Source of the DNA: Terriglobia bacterium
GTDB lineage: Bacteria > Acidobacteriota > Terriglobia > 20CM-2-55-15
DNA length: 64,000 nt
NCBI GenBank assembly: GCA_965216035.1
Contig: CBDCFM010000021.1
Location: 4,236 to 68,235 of the forward strand
Reading direction: 5' to 3'
A program made the translations under genes and the position numbers. Shown piece after piece: positions 31,012-40,448 of the stretch (the first letter of the stretch is position 1; each line of letters starts with the position of its first letter). The notes under the pieces are model-generated. The model did no database searches and was not told where the DNA came from. It was given only the letters and a program-made list of their open reading frames with translations.

Positions 31012-31351
31012 TTAGCAGCCCGTGGCAGAAGTCCCAAGGACCGCGCGCAGGGGTCTTCGGGTTGCAGGCGCGAAGTGAGGAGTGGGCACCGAGGTTTGAA
31101 ATCGAGGCCGCGGGCGCCGTCTTTTCATCGTGACCGGCCTTATCAATGCCGGACAAAGCCTGCGGGGCGCCTGCGGCCTCCGTTTGATACGTCGGTGGCC
31201 CCCCTGCGCCCGAAGGGTTACGGCGAAACGGGGCCGTCTTCGTTGTCGCCGACTCCTCCCAATGAATGCGCATTGTCTCGACGTCGTCTCCTAGAATCCG
31301 GCCCCGTTTGGCCGTAACGCGGTCCTTGGGACTTCTGCCACGGGCTACTAA
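31012..31351. mobile_element. MITE-like non-autonomous element (~340 bp) with 34-bp terminal inverted repeats (1 mismatch)
   Basis: TTAGCAGCCCGTGGCAGAAGTCCCAAGGACCGCG at 31012-31045 and its reverse complement, with TAGTAG for TAGCAG, at 31318-31351. The interior has nested complementarity and no coding capacity. Confidence 0.45.
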
Positions 31352-32631
31352 GCTTCGAGCGGTTGACCGCTCCTGTCGGGAAGCGTGAACACCAAAAGCG
31401 CGGCCAGAAGAAAGAATCCCGACGTCACGCCGAGCGCCAGCCCGATACCGATACCCGGCAACGCCCCCAGATAACCGATAACGAAAGGAGCGAGACCTCC
31501 GACCAGGCGTCCCAGGCTGAAGCTCGTTCCCTGGCCGGTCGCCCGCACCGATGTCGGAAACAGTTCGGCGATGAAACTGCCGAACATTGAAAGGTAACCG
31601 TGGCCGACGTAGCCGAGGAAGGGTCCGAGCAGCAAGAGGATCAGCGGGCTGCGCGCCATCTGTCCATATATCGGCACCAAAATGGCCGCCGCGAGCATGA
31701 AGAGGACAAAGGTGCGCCGGCGTCCGATTTCGTCCGCAATGAACCCGAAGGTGAGGTAGCCAAGGTATGCGCCGATCTGAACGGGAACAATCCACCCGAG
31801 TGAACCGACCACGCCCATACCCGCGCCCCCGTCCTCAATGGGTCGGGAGAGAAAAGCCGGTAGCCAGAAGAAGACGCCCCAGTAGGCGAACTGGACTGTG
31901 GAGCTGAGCAGGATGATCAAAAGCGTCCGGCCAATCAGGTCTCGACCGAAAATCACAGCGAACTGATTTCGGCCTTGAGTCCGCGGAGCGGCACGGTGTT
32001 CAGTCCAGAGATCCGGCTCGGGAACACTGCGCCGCACCCACAGCACCAGCAACGCCGGAGCCGCTCCCAGGGCAAACAACAGGCGCCAAGAGTCGTCGCC
32101 CAGCCAGGCCGGGCCCAGTATGACGGCACCGAGAACCGCGGCCAGGAGGTAGCCCAATGCCCAGCCTGTTTGCATGATGCTGATTGCCTTGTTGCGATGC
32201 GCGGGCGGCCACGTCTCGCTGATCAGCACGGCGCCTGTGGCCCATTCGCCACCCATACCGATTCCGAGCAAGGCGCGCCACAGCAACAGTTGGAGTAACG
32301 ATTGCGAAGTAGCGGTCCCGAGCGAGGCCAGCGAGAAGATCAGGATCGTGAACATCAGTGCGCGTGTCCGGCCGACGCGGTCTGCCACGAAACCGAAAGT
32401 GATGCCTCCGACAGCGGACGTTGCGAGCGCGACCGTCCCCAGGATGCCGGCAGTGGCGTCGCTGAACCCGAAGTAGACTGTGAGTTCGCTGACCGCGATT
32501 GCGTAGAGCATGAAATCCATCGCGTCCAACATCCAACCCAGCTTTGCTGCGAGCAGGATCTTCCATTGGTATCGCGAGATGGTCGAGTACCAGCGCATGG
32601 GTACCGAGATATCTGCTTCTACTCGGCTCAC
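31348..32631 (-). CDS. MFS transporter
   Basis: 12-TM MFS pattern (GxLaDrxGrR-like motif DRVGRTRAL). The stop codon lies within the MITE terminus. Confidence 0.8.
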   Translation of the reverse strand: MSRVEADISVPMRWYSTISRYQWKILLAAKLGWMLDAMDFMLYAIAVSELTVYFGFSDATAGILGTVALATSAVGGITFGFVADRVGRTRALMFTILIFSLASLGTATSQSLLQLLLWRALLGIGMGGEWATGAVLISETWPPAHRNKAISIMQTGWALGYLLAAVLGAVILGPAWLGDDSWRLLFALGAAPALLVLWVRRSVPEPDLWTEHRAAPRTQGRNQFAVIFGRDLIGRTLLIILLSSTVQFAYWGVFFWLPAFLSRPIEDGGAGMGVVGSLGWIVPVQIGAYLGYLTFGFIADEIGRRRTFVLFMLAAAILVPIYGQMARSPLILLLLGPFLGYVGHGYLSMFGSFIAELFPTSVRATGQGTSFSLGRLVGGLAPFVIGYLGALPGIGIGLALGVTSGFFLLAALLVFTLPDRSGQPLEA

Positions 32632-32742
32632 CGGGATTTCGTCTCTTGTTCCATGGCCAGCTGTGTATGACCCGCAATTGTGTTGACTCGATTGAAGAGG
32701 GCTCCACGCGTCCGGATACTACACCAATCTGAAACTGGAGAG

Positions 32743-35178
32743 TCAGACAAACGGCGGAAATTTCATCGGATCGTGGCGGTGCATCAGCCCGTAGACCGCC
32801 TCGACGACCTGTTCTCGATTGGGTTTTGAAAAATAGTCCCCATCGGAACCGTAGGCCGGGCGATGCGCTTGGCCGGACAGTGTCAGCGGCGGGCTGTCGA
32901 GCCACTCGAAGCCCCCTTGGTGCTCCAATACTTCCTGCATCATGTACGCGGTCGCCCCACCGGGGCAGTCCTCGTCGAGGAAAAGTATTCGATTGGTCTT
33001 CTTGAGCGACTTGCAGATCACGCCATCGATATCGAATGGCAGGAGGGTGCGCACATCGACTATCTCGGCCTCGATACCGACCGTTTGGAGCAGCGTGGCC
33101 CCTGCTTCGGCAACGGCGCAGCACGCGCCGTAGGTGACGATCGTGATATCTCTACCCTCCCGTATAATCTCGGGCACTCCCAGCGGGAGAGTAAAGTCGC
33201 CGATATTTTCCGGAATTGCTTCTTTCTTGCGATAGCCGTTCAGAACCTCGACTACTAAGACCGCGTCATCGGAACGCAGGATCGTGTTGTAGAACCCGGC
33301 GGCCTGGACAGAGTTTCTGGGGACACAGACGTAGATGCCGCGAACGAGGTTGATGATTCCGGACATGGGTGAGCCCGAATGCCATATGCCCTCGAGCCGA
33401 TGGCCTCGCGTCTTAATAATGACCGGAGCTTTCTGTCCCCCTCGCGTGCGCCAGCGAAGAGATGCCAGATCGTCGGAGATAATCTGGAGTGCGTAGAGGA
33501 AGTAGTCCAAGTATTGAATCTCAGCGATGGGGCGGAGGCCCCGCAAGGCCATCCCGATTGCCTGTCCGACTATTGTGGTCTCACGGATGCCGGTATCTGT
33601 GATTCGTGCGGGACCGTATTTTTCCTGCAGGTGCGCCCAACCTTGGTTGACGCCTCCGAGGAGGCCGACATCTTCACCGAGGGCAATCAGGTTCGGAAAT
33701 CGCGAAAAAGCGGCGTCCATGCAGGCCTGAATGATTTCGAAACCTTTTAGAACTGGGGGCTCGGCCAAATACCGGGCCGGCACGATCGGGACGGCCAGCG
33801 CGGATTTAGAGGATTCGCTATAGAGATCTGAACCGTAACGCCGTTCGTTGACGAGGCCCTGCTCCCGCTTCCAGTGCCGCAATGCCTCTGTGTCCAGGCC
33901 TTCTTCTTTCACGGCAAGAAGAATCTCCCCTACGGTCGCCATGATGTCCCTGCGCCCGACTGTGGGTATCTGCTCAAGCGATTCCCTCGGAGCGGTGATC
34001 TTATTCGGGTCGCGGGATTCTTGTTCGAGCGCCTTCGCCATCGACAGCACGGTGTGTCGCTCATTTTCGATCGGATCCCGGAATTCCAACCACGCCTTGT
34101 CGCGCGCCGCCACGACGGTCTGTCTCTCAATATTGTCGAGCGCGTCCAATTCCTCTGAACGGGCGAAGCCCTTTTCCAGAATCCATTCCCGCATCTTGGA
34201 CAGGCAATCGTGTGCCTTTTCCCAGTCCAGCCGTTCCTGCGACTTATAGCGCTCATGGTTTCCTGAGGTGGAATGGCCCAGCGGCTGCGTCAGCTCAGTG
34301 ACATGAATAATCCCCGGTCCATGGTCTTCCCGGGTCCGTCTGGACGCTTCCAGATACGTGGTACAGAGCTCCGGGTAGTCCCACCCTGTCGCCACATAGA
34401 TGTCGAGCCCCGGCCGTCCGCCGGGCCGACGGCGAAAGCCATCCAGAATCCGGCCGATATCCCCTTTCGTCATCTGAAATGCGTTGGGGACGGAGATCCC
34501 GAAACCGTCGTCCCATATCGACAGCAACATCGGGACCTGCAGAACGCCCACTGCGTTGACCGCTTCCCAGAACACGCCCTCGGCACAGCTGGCGTTTCCG
34601 ATCGTACCGAAAGCGATCTCGTCACCGTTGCTAGAAAAATTTGCTCCTATTTCCTTCAGGCTGTCCAAATCCCTATAGAGTTTCGATGCGTAGGCGAGCC
34701 CCACAAGTCGGGGCATCTGGGCACCCGTGGGCGACAGATCGGCGGAGGAGTTATAACGATCGTTCTGTGGAATAAATGCCCCGGTCTCGTCCAGAAGCCT
34801 GGTGGCAAAGTGACCCGACATCGACCGGCCGCCGAAAGCGGGCTCCGCCGCCAAATCCGCATGGGCATAGAGTTGGGCAAAGAACTGTTCGGGAGTCAGG
34901 AGGTTCAAGGCAAACATCAGCGTCTGGTCCCGGTAGTAACCCGACCGGAAATCACCCTTTTTGAAGGCGTACGCCATGGCCATCTGGGCCACTTCTTTCC
35001 CGGCACCGAAGATTCCGAATTTTGCTTTGCCCGAAAAAACTTCTTTCCGTCCCAGGACACTGCAGGCGCGGCTTCGGATCCCGACGCGATAGTCCCGCAG
35101 GACAGCGTCCCGGTTCCACGTCACCACCTCAGGTCCTTTTTTGAATGGGCTTGTCAGGGACATAGTCGAGGGATCCAT
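32743..35178 (-). CDS. 2-oxoacid dehydrogenase E1 component, fused alpha-beta (TPP-dependent)
   Basis: An N-terminal E1-alpha TPP-binding region is followed by a transketolase-like pyrimidine-binding domain and C-terminal domain, 811 aa. Confidence 0.75.
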   Translation of the reverse strand: MDPSTMSLTSPFKKGPEVVTWNRDAVLRDYRVGIRSRACSVLGRKEVFSGKAKFGIFGAGKEVAQMAMAYAFKKGDFRSGYYRDQTLMFALNLLTPEQFFAQLYAHADLAAEPAFGGRSMSGHFATRLLDETGAFIPQNDRYNSSADLSPTGAQMPRLVGLAYASKLYRDLDSLKEIGANFSSNGDEIAFGTIGNASCAEGVFWEAVNAVGVLQVPMLLSIWDDGFGISVPNAFQMTKGDIGRILDGFRRRPGGRPGLDIYVATGWDYPELCTTYLEASRRTREDHGPGIIHVTELTQPLGHSTSGNHERYKSQERLDWEKAHDCLSKMREWILEKGFARSEELDALDNIERQTVVAARDKAWLEFRDPIENERHTVLSMAKALEQESRDPNKITAPRESLEQIPTVGRRDIMATVGEILLAVKEEGLDTEALRHWKREQGLVNERRYGSDLYSESSKSALAVPIVPARYLAEPPVLKGFEIIQACMDAAFSRFPNLIALGEDVGLLGGVNQGWAHLQEKYGPARITDTGIRETTIVGQAIGMALRGLRPIAEIQYLDYFLYALQIISDDLASLRWRTRGGQKAPVIIKTRGHRLEGIWHSGSPMSGIINLVRGIYVCVPRNSVQAAGFYNTILRSDDAVLVVEVLNGYRKKEAIPENIGDFTLPLGVPEIIREGRDITIVTYGACCAVAEAGATLLQTVGIEAEIVDVRTLLPFDIDGVICKSLKKTNRILFLDEDCPGGATAYMMQEVLEHQGGFEWLDSPPLTLSGQAHRPAYGSDGDYFSKPNREQVVEAVYGLMHRHDPMKFPPFV

Positions 35179-35406
35179 TTTGCCACGGCTGGCGCGGTTT
35201 GATGCACCGGGTTCCGATCCAAGGCTGCCATTGACCTTAACTCCTCCAATTCTATAGACTTCACGTTGTTTTCAATCGCTGTGACTCCGATCTGGTGTCG
35301 GGAACCGTGTGATTGATTTTCTAGCGCTGAAATTGTTCATGCGGAAACAAGTGCGAAACACCGCCTTCGAGCATGTCCGCTTCTTCTTGGGGAGTTAATT
35401 AAGACT

Positions 35407-36309
35407 ATGGAATTTCTGGCCGAACAGGTTGGGTTTATCAACTCTACGGTGGTTCCCTGGGTGCTCCGTCTCGTCATGCTGGGTTTGGGCCTGTCCTTGA
35501 CTTTAGCCGACTTCAGACGCGTGATCACGTTTCCGAAGGCTGCGGCGATTGGACTGACGGCTCAACTGATCGGTCTGCCTGTCACGGCGTTCGCTCTGGC
35601 ATGGATATTTGGCCCGGTGCCGGCGGTTGCCGTCGGCCTGGTCATTCTGGCGATATGCCCCAGTGGAGTGACGTCCAACGCCTACACCTTTGCGGCGCGA
35701 GGCGACGTCCCCTTGTGCGTCACACTGGCGGCGGTCACAAGCGTCATTACGGTGTTCACGATTCCATTCCTGACATTTTTGGCGCTTCAGACCTTTATGG
35801 GTCAGGATCAACGACCCGAGTTGCCCGTGCTGCAGATGCTTGGAGGATTGATGACGCTGACGCTGTTTCCAATTGCGATCGGTATGATCATTCGCTACCG
35901 ATGGTCCGGGCTTGCCAAGCGCGCCGAGGAACCCATCCGGAAAATGGTTCTGGTCCTGCTCTACATTGTGCTGATCCTCGGTGTCCTTTCCAGCTGGCAG
36001 GTCATCGTGGACCAGATCACGACCGTGGGGTTGCTCGTCATCACGATGAATCTGCTGACGATGGGCCTGGGTTACGGACTGGGCCGGCTGTTTAAGCTGC
36101 CCGCGCCTCAGGTCGTCACCATCACATACGAGGTGGGTGTGCAGAACCTGGCTCTGGCTTTTGCGATCACGTTTAACATCCTCCAGAATCCGGACCTCGC
36201 AGTTGCGGCGTTGATTTATGCGGCGATCATGCCGTTGACCGCCTTGATTTTTATCCGTTTTGCGCGGCGATTAATCGAATCCGAGCAAGCGACCCAGGCC
36301 GCAGCATAA
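35407..36309 (+). CDS. bile acid:sodium symporter (BASS) family transporter
   Basis: Family-level resemblance only, 300 aa; no motif checked. Confidence 0.7.
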   Translation: MEFLAEQVGFINSTVVPWVLRLVMLGLGLSLTLADFRRVITFPKAAAIGLTAQLIGLPVTAFALAWIFGPVPAVAVGLVILAICPSGVTSNAYTFAARGDVPLCVTLAAVTSVITVFTIPFLTFLALQTFMGQDQRPELPVLQMLGGLMTLTLFPIAIGMIIRYRWSGLAKRAEEPIRKMVLVLLYIVLILGVLSSWQVIVDQITTVGLLVITMNLLTMGLGYGLGRLFKLPAPQVVTITYEVGVQNLALAFAITFNILQNPDLAVAALIYAAIMPLTALIFIRFARRLIESEQATQAAA

Positions 36310-36385
36310 ATTGGCCGCCGCTGAATAACAGCAAGCCTTCCGGCAGAGGAGCTCTCTCGGCAAGCTGTTTGCGGACCCGGCCAAA

Positions 36386-36895
36386 TCAGAGGTCGTCCGC
36401 AGGCGGGTCCGCCAGCTCCCCGCGTTGCTTCTTCCGTTCACCGGTGGTGGAATAGCCGCGTTCCCGGTCGATGTCCTGTACGTGAACCGTGACGGACCCC
36501 AATGCCGGAAGACCTGCCACGAAGCTGTCGATCGCATTTCCGAGGGTTTCGGCGGCGTGCCTGCGAACCTCCCCCGTGCGTCCCGGCGTATCGTTGCCGG
36601 CCGCGAATGTGAGGTGAAGAAAACCCTTGGAGAGATCGCCTCCAACACCTGAGTGATAAACAGGGATCACGGCGTGTTTGAGGTTGCGTTTATTGATCAT
36701 CGGAACCCATTCGGGTGTGGGGCCATCGGCGCCTGGGAAGTGTGGCCCCTGTCCTTCAGCCGCAGCTTTCTCCATACGGAGACCGGCGACGACCTCTACA
36801 AGGTGATCGAGAAGTTTTCGGGCATCAAAGCCTGTGGCTAGGATGAAATCGTCGCTCAACCAGTCTTCGGGAACTTCCAGTCTCAAATGCGGCAT
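36386..36895 (-). CDS. 5-carboxymethyl-2-hydroxymuconate isomerase (CHMI/HpaF)-family protein
   Basis: MPH... start, and FLHLTFAAGNDTPGRTGEVRRHAAETL is colinear with HpcD FVHMTLKIGAGRSLESRQQAGEMLFE. Confidence 0.5.
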   Translation of the reverse strand: MPHLRLEVPEDWLSDDFILATGFDARKLLDHLVEVVAGLRMEKAAAEGQGPHFPGADGPTPEWVPMINKRNLKHAVIPVYHSGVGGDLSKGFLHLTFAAGNDTPGRTGEVRRHAAETLGNAIDSFVAGLPALGSVTVHVQDIDRERGYSTTGERKKQRGELADPPADDL

Positions 36896-37830
36896 CAGGA
36901 CTCCCGGAAATCGTAAAGCTTGCGCGGGTTGACCACGAGAATCTGTTCCAATATGCCGGGATCGTGATGTGCCACGGGCCAGATCCAGTAGTTCGCAATG
37001 TCGCCATCATTGGGCATCTTGTTTGGCGGGTCCGGTTTGGGAGTAATGATCACAGTGTTCATATTCGGGCGTGGCCGGTCGGTGCCGCTAATGACGTTTC
37101 CCGGAAAGTGCTTCAGTAACGCGTGCGCGAACCCCAGGGCGAGGGCCCAGTCCTCAGGGCGCGCGGACCGCGTGTGCCGGTCCGGTGATGTCACTTTCCA
37201 GAAGATGTCGTCCCGGTGTCCACCCAGCTCGAGCAGTCGTTCAAAGTAGTCGTTCTCTTCGACCGGTACATGCACGTCGGGCCGCCCCATGTGATCAATG
37301 ATCACGGGCGTGGGCAGCGACCGTATCAACGGTTCCATCTGGTCAAAGGTATCCGGCAGGAAATAGAGTTCCGTGTGCCAACCCAGCGGTGCGATTCTTT
37401 CTGAGATGCGCAGGATGATGTCCGTCTCCGGCGCTTCGCTCGTGATGTGTGGCAGGAAAGCAAAGCGCACGCCGCGGACGCCGACTTCATGCATGCGCCG
37501 GAGTTCTTCTGCAGTCACATCTTCTGTGACGCTGACCACACCGGCGGCGCGCCCATCCATCTGTTCCAGCGCATCGACGACGACATCGTTGTCGGTGCCG
37601 TGGCAGGTCGCAGCCACCACGACGAAACCCCAGAATCCCATCCGGTCGATCAGAACTTCTTTTTGTTCCGCCCAGGTGGCGGCGAAGGGTCGATATTTCG
37701 ACTTTGCCGACAGAGGAAACAGGTCGAACGGCCCGATCACGTGCATGTGGGCGTCAATTGCCCTCTCCGGCATCTCGAAGATGAGAGGCGCGGGGTTGGG
37801 ATCTTGCTTTACGTATGGCTCAGCGCCCAT
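36895..37830 (-). CDS. amidohydrolase-2 family metal-dependent hydrolase (ACMSD/LigI-like TIM barrel)
   Basis: AIDAHMHV metal-binding start; 1-nt overlap with the CHMI-like gene. Confidence 0.7.
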   Translation of the reverse strand: MGAEPYVKQDPNPAPLIFEMPERAIDAHMHVIGPFDLFPLSAKSKYRPFAATWAEQKEVLIDRMGFWGFVVVAATCHGTDNDVVVDALEQMDGRAAGVVSVTEDVTAEELRRMHEVGVRGVRFAFLPHITSEAPETDIILRISERIAPLGWHTELYFLPDTFDQMEPLIRSLPTPVIIDHMGRPDVHVPVEENDYFERLLELGGHRDDIFWKVTSPDRHTRSARPEDWALALGFAHALLKHFPGNVISGTDRPRPNMNTVIITPKPDPPNKMPNDGDIANYWIWPVAHHDPGILEQILVVNPRKLYDFRES

Positions 37831-38362
37831 ATCCGCCTAGTCTATTCCCCGGTTCGTCCTTCTGCCGCACCATCCCGCAATATCGCACAACTGGATGCCG
37901 GAACAAAATGGTTGCCCGGCATCGCCTCAAGCTGATCGTGTGCGCTGGCATGGGGAAGTAAACTATTTGTCCGCCCGCCCGCTTCCCACGTCAGAAGTGA
38001 GTTGCCTGATAGTTTCGTCATGATCCGAATCGATCGTCTGTGTACGCTGGACGCCTCCGCTCCAATGCGGTGCCCTCACCGTCAAATCTCGACGAGTCGT
38101 TCTGGCCCGGCATCTCTCTGGGAAAGGCTTGCGATTTTTCAACGAGAGTGCGGATCGAAGGTAGATCGACCGGATACGCCCCCAAGTCTACGCCGTGATA
38201 ATATTTGTGTGAGTAGGTGTAGACCTGCATTCAGAACGCCCCCTTCCGAATTTGTGTCGCCGCCGCCCATGCCATTGATGTCCCTGACAGGCGAGGGGGC
38301 CGCTATCAAGATCACGCGACCGAAACCGGGGGTCTTGGGAGCGACAGACCGATTGTGCAATC

Positions 38363-39298
38363 GTGAAACACAGCATGCAACCTGCGAACAGTCAGCCGAA
38401 CTTCGATGTTACCGTCCGCGTGGGATGCAGTCTCGTCTACGAAGTCACAGGCACGGCTTCGCTGCTGCTGAATCTTAGACTGAGTCCGGATCCCAGTCGC
38501 TCCGTACTCTTCGAGGCGCTGACGCTGGGCAGTGACCTTCCGTCTGAGGTATTTAGTGACAGCCACGGTAACCGCGTATGTCGCGTCACTCTCGCGCCGG
38601 GCACCAACTGTATCCGGCACGACGCAATCGTTGCGGTGTCCTCCCAAGTGGACAACCATGGTCTGATCACCAGCGTTCCGCAGGCTCCGGGGGATCTCCC
38701 GGCTCCGTTGCTGCGCTATACACTACCCAGCCGGTATTGCGACTCCGACAAGATGACTAATTTCGCCTGGGAGAAATTCGGCCCGGTCGAGCACGGAATC
38801 GGGCGAGTTCAGGCGATCAGCCGCTGGATTCACGAAAATTTCGAATATCGCTATATGTCGGGTAGCTCCAATTTGTCGGCATGGGACGCATTGCAGCGGG
38901 GTTACGGCGTTTGCCGTGATTTTGCGCACATCGCCGTCGCGCTCAATCGCACGTTCAACCTCCCAGCGCGCTATGTGACGGGGCACCTACCCGACATCGG
39001 TTTCCCCGAACCGGACAACCACATGGATTTCCATGCATATGCCGAAGTCTACATCGGTGGAACCTGGTTCACGACCGACCCCCGCTTCCATGTCCCGCGC
39101 ATCGGCCGCATCAGGGTTGGCTGGGGGCAAGATGCCGTAGATGCGGCGTTCTCGACAATCTTTGGCGGCGCCACGATGACGTACTTTCAGGTGTGGGCCT
39201 ACCAGGTGGCGCGTGGGTCTGTGAATGTGGGTGATCCAATCGATCTCACGCAGCGTCTGGACAATGCCTGGACGGTCCGGACGGACCCGGTGGGGTGA
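38363..39298 (+). CDS. transglutaminase-like cysteine protease superfamily protein with N-terminal Bact_transglu_N-like region
   Basis: Catalytic triad context GYGVCRDFAHIAVAL ... DFHAYAEVYIGGTWFTTDP. Confidence 0.75.
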   Translation: MKHSMQPANSQPNFDVTVRVGCSLVYEVTGTASLLLNLRLSPDPSRSVLFEALTLGSDLPSEVFSDSHGNRVCRVTLAPGTNCIRHDAIVAVSSQVDNHGLITSVPQAPGDLPAPLLRYTLPSRYCDSDKMTNFAWEKFGPVEHGIGRVQAISRWIHENFEYRYMSGSSNLSAWDALQRGYGVCRDFAHIAVALNRTFNLPARYVTGHLPDIGFPEPDNHMDFHAYAEVYIGGTWFTTDPRFHVPRIGRIRVGWGQDAVDAAFSTIFGGATMTYFQVWAYQVARGSVNVGDPIDLTQRLDNAWTVRTDPVG

Positions 39299-39450
39299 TT
39301 TGGTGCCCCGCTTTGAAGGTTGGACAAGGCAAGGGCGGCGGTTGCGGTTAAGTTCAGAGGAATTCTGGTGGCAGGTTCCTTGTCAGAGGGCGGGGTCGTT
39401 CATACGGCCATCCATGGCCGAATGGCCTTTGCCTCTCGTCATCATCAAAA

Positions 39451-40176
39451 TTGTCGGCGGCTATGTTTGACCGAATCGTGTTGACTTGTGAACACGGCGG
39501 CAATCATATTCCGGCGAGATACGCGCCTCTCTTTAGTTCCGCTGCCGCAGAACTGGAAGGGCATCGAGGCTACGATGTGGGGGCTCTGGAGGTAGCCCGT
39601 TTCCTGGCGCGAAAGCTCGGGGTGGGGCTGTTCTCAGGCAGGGCGTCCAGATTGCTCGTCGATCTCAACCGGTCACTGGGCCACACGGGGCTCTTCTCCG
39701 AGTACGTGCAGGACCTCGATTCCGTAGAGCAGATGCGGATACTCCGACGCCATTACCATCCGTACAGAGACCGGGTTGAGAATGCGCTCCGGAGCGAGAC
39801 GAACCGTCGTCGCGTGTTACACCTCAGCATTCACAGTTTCACGCCGGAGTGGGATGGGGCACCGCGTCGGGCGGATGTCGGGCTGCTATACGATCCCCAG
39901 CGCAGCATCGAACGCCAGGCCTGCGCACGTCTGTTGGGCCGACTCAATGGTATTGATCCGACACTCACTGTGCGCCGCAACTATCCCTATCGCGGAACAG
40001 GCGATGGCTTCACCACCCATCTTCGAAAGACGCTGGCTTCAGATCGATATGCGGGTATCGAGATTGAACTGAATCAGGGAGGAGTCGCCTCGGGTCCGGG
40101 GCGTCGGCACATCGGGGCAGTTCTGGAAAACGCTATCCGACAGGAGCTGAGCCCCAGCCCTCGGCCCCCAGACTGA
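39451..40176 (+). CDS. N-formylglutamate amidohydrolase (FGase)-family zinc hydrolase
   Basis: LTCEHGGNHIP ... LHLSIHSFTP ... GIEIELNQ is typical of the family. Confidence 0.65.
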   Translation: MSAAMFDRIVLTCEHGGNHIPARYAPLFSSAAAELEGHRGYDVGALEVARFLARKLGVGLFSGRASRLLVDLNRSLGHTGLFSEYVQDLDSVEQMRILRRHYHPYRDRVENALRSETNRRRVLHLSIHSFTPEWDGAPRRADVGLLYDPQRSIERQACARLLGRLNGIDPTLTVRRNYPYRGTGDGFTTHLRKTLASDRYAGIEIELNQGGVASGPGRRHIGAVLENAIRQELSPSPRPPD

Positions 40177-40261
40177 CGGATTCAATCCTGTCGTTTAGCT
40201 AATAAGTCATTAATGGCACTGGACATCGAAGGGCCGTATCGTGCATAGAGTAGAAGGGGTG

Positions 40262-40430
40262 GCCCTGGCAGGCTTGGGGGGAAAAGGCTCGTTTTTCGGC
40301 AGTCCGCCATGCGGCACAGGATGTGCCACGATTTTCGATGGCTGTAAGCCATGCGAGAATTACACGTCTCGGATGGCGATGCTGAAAAAGTCATGGATGG
40401 CTTTTCGAGCATCCTGTTAGTGGGCTTGCC
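40262..40430. repeat. conserved ~150-nt intergenic element, copy A (palindrome GGCAC-N5-GTGCC at 40313-40327)
   Basis: Most positions are identical to 43875..44025 over more than 100 nt, with two short indels. Confidence 0.5.
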
Positions 40431-40448
40431 TGAGAGATCCCGTACGCT

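Noticed and set aside
30997-31795. ORFs 30997..31317 (+) and 31007..31795 (-) spanning the MITE-like element
   Set aside because: They read through inverted repeats and the antisense strand of the MFS gene, and the products are low-complexity.
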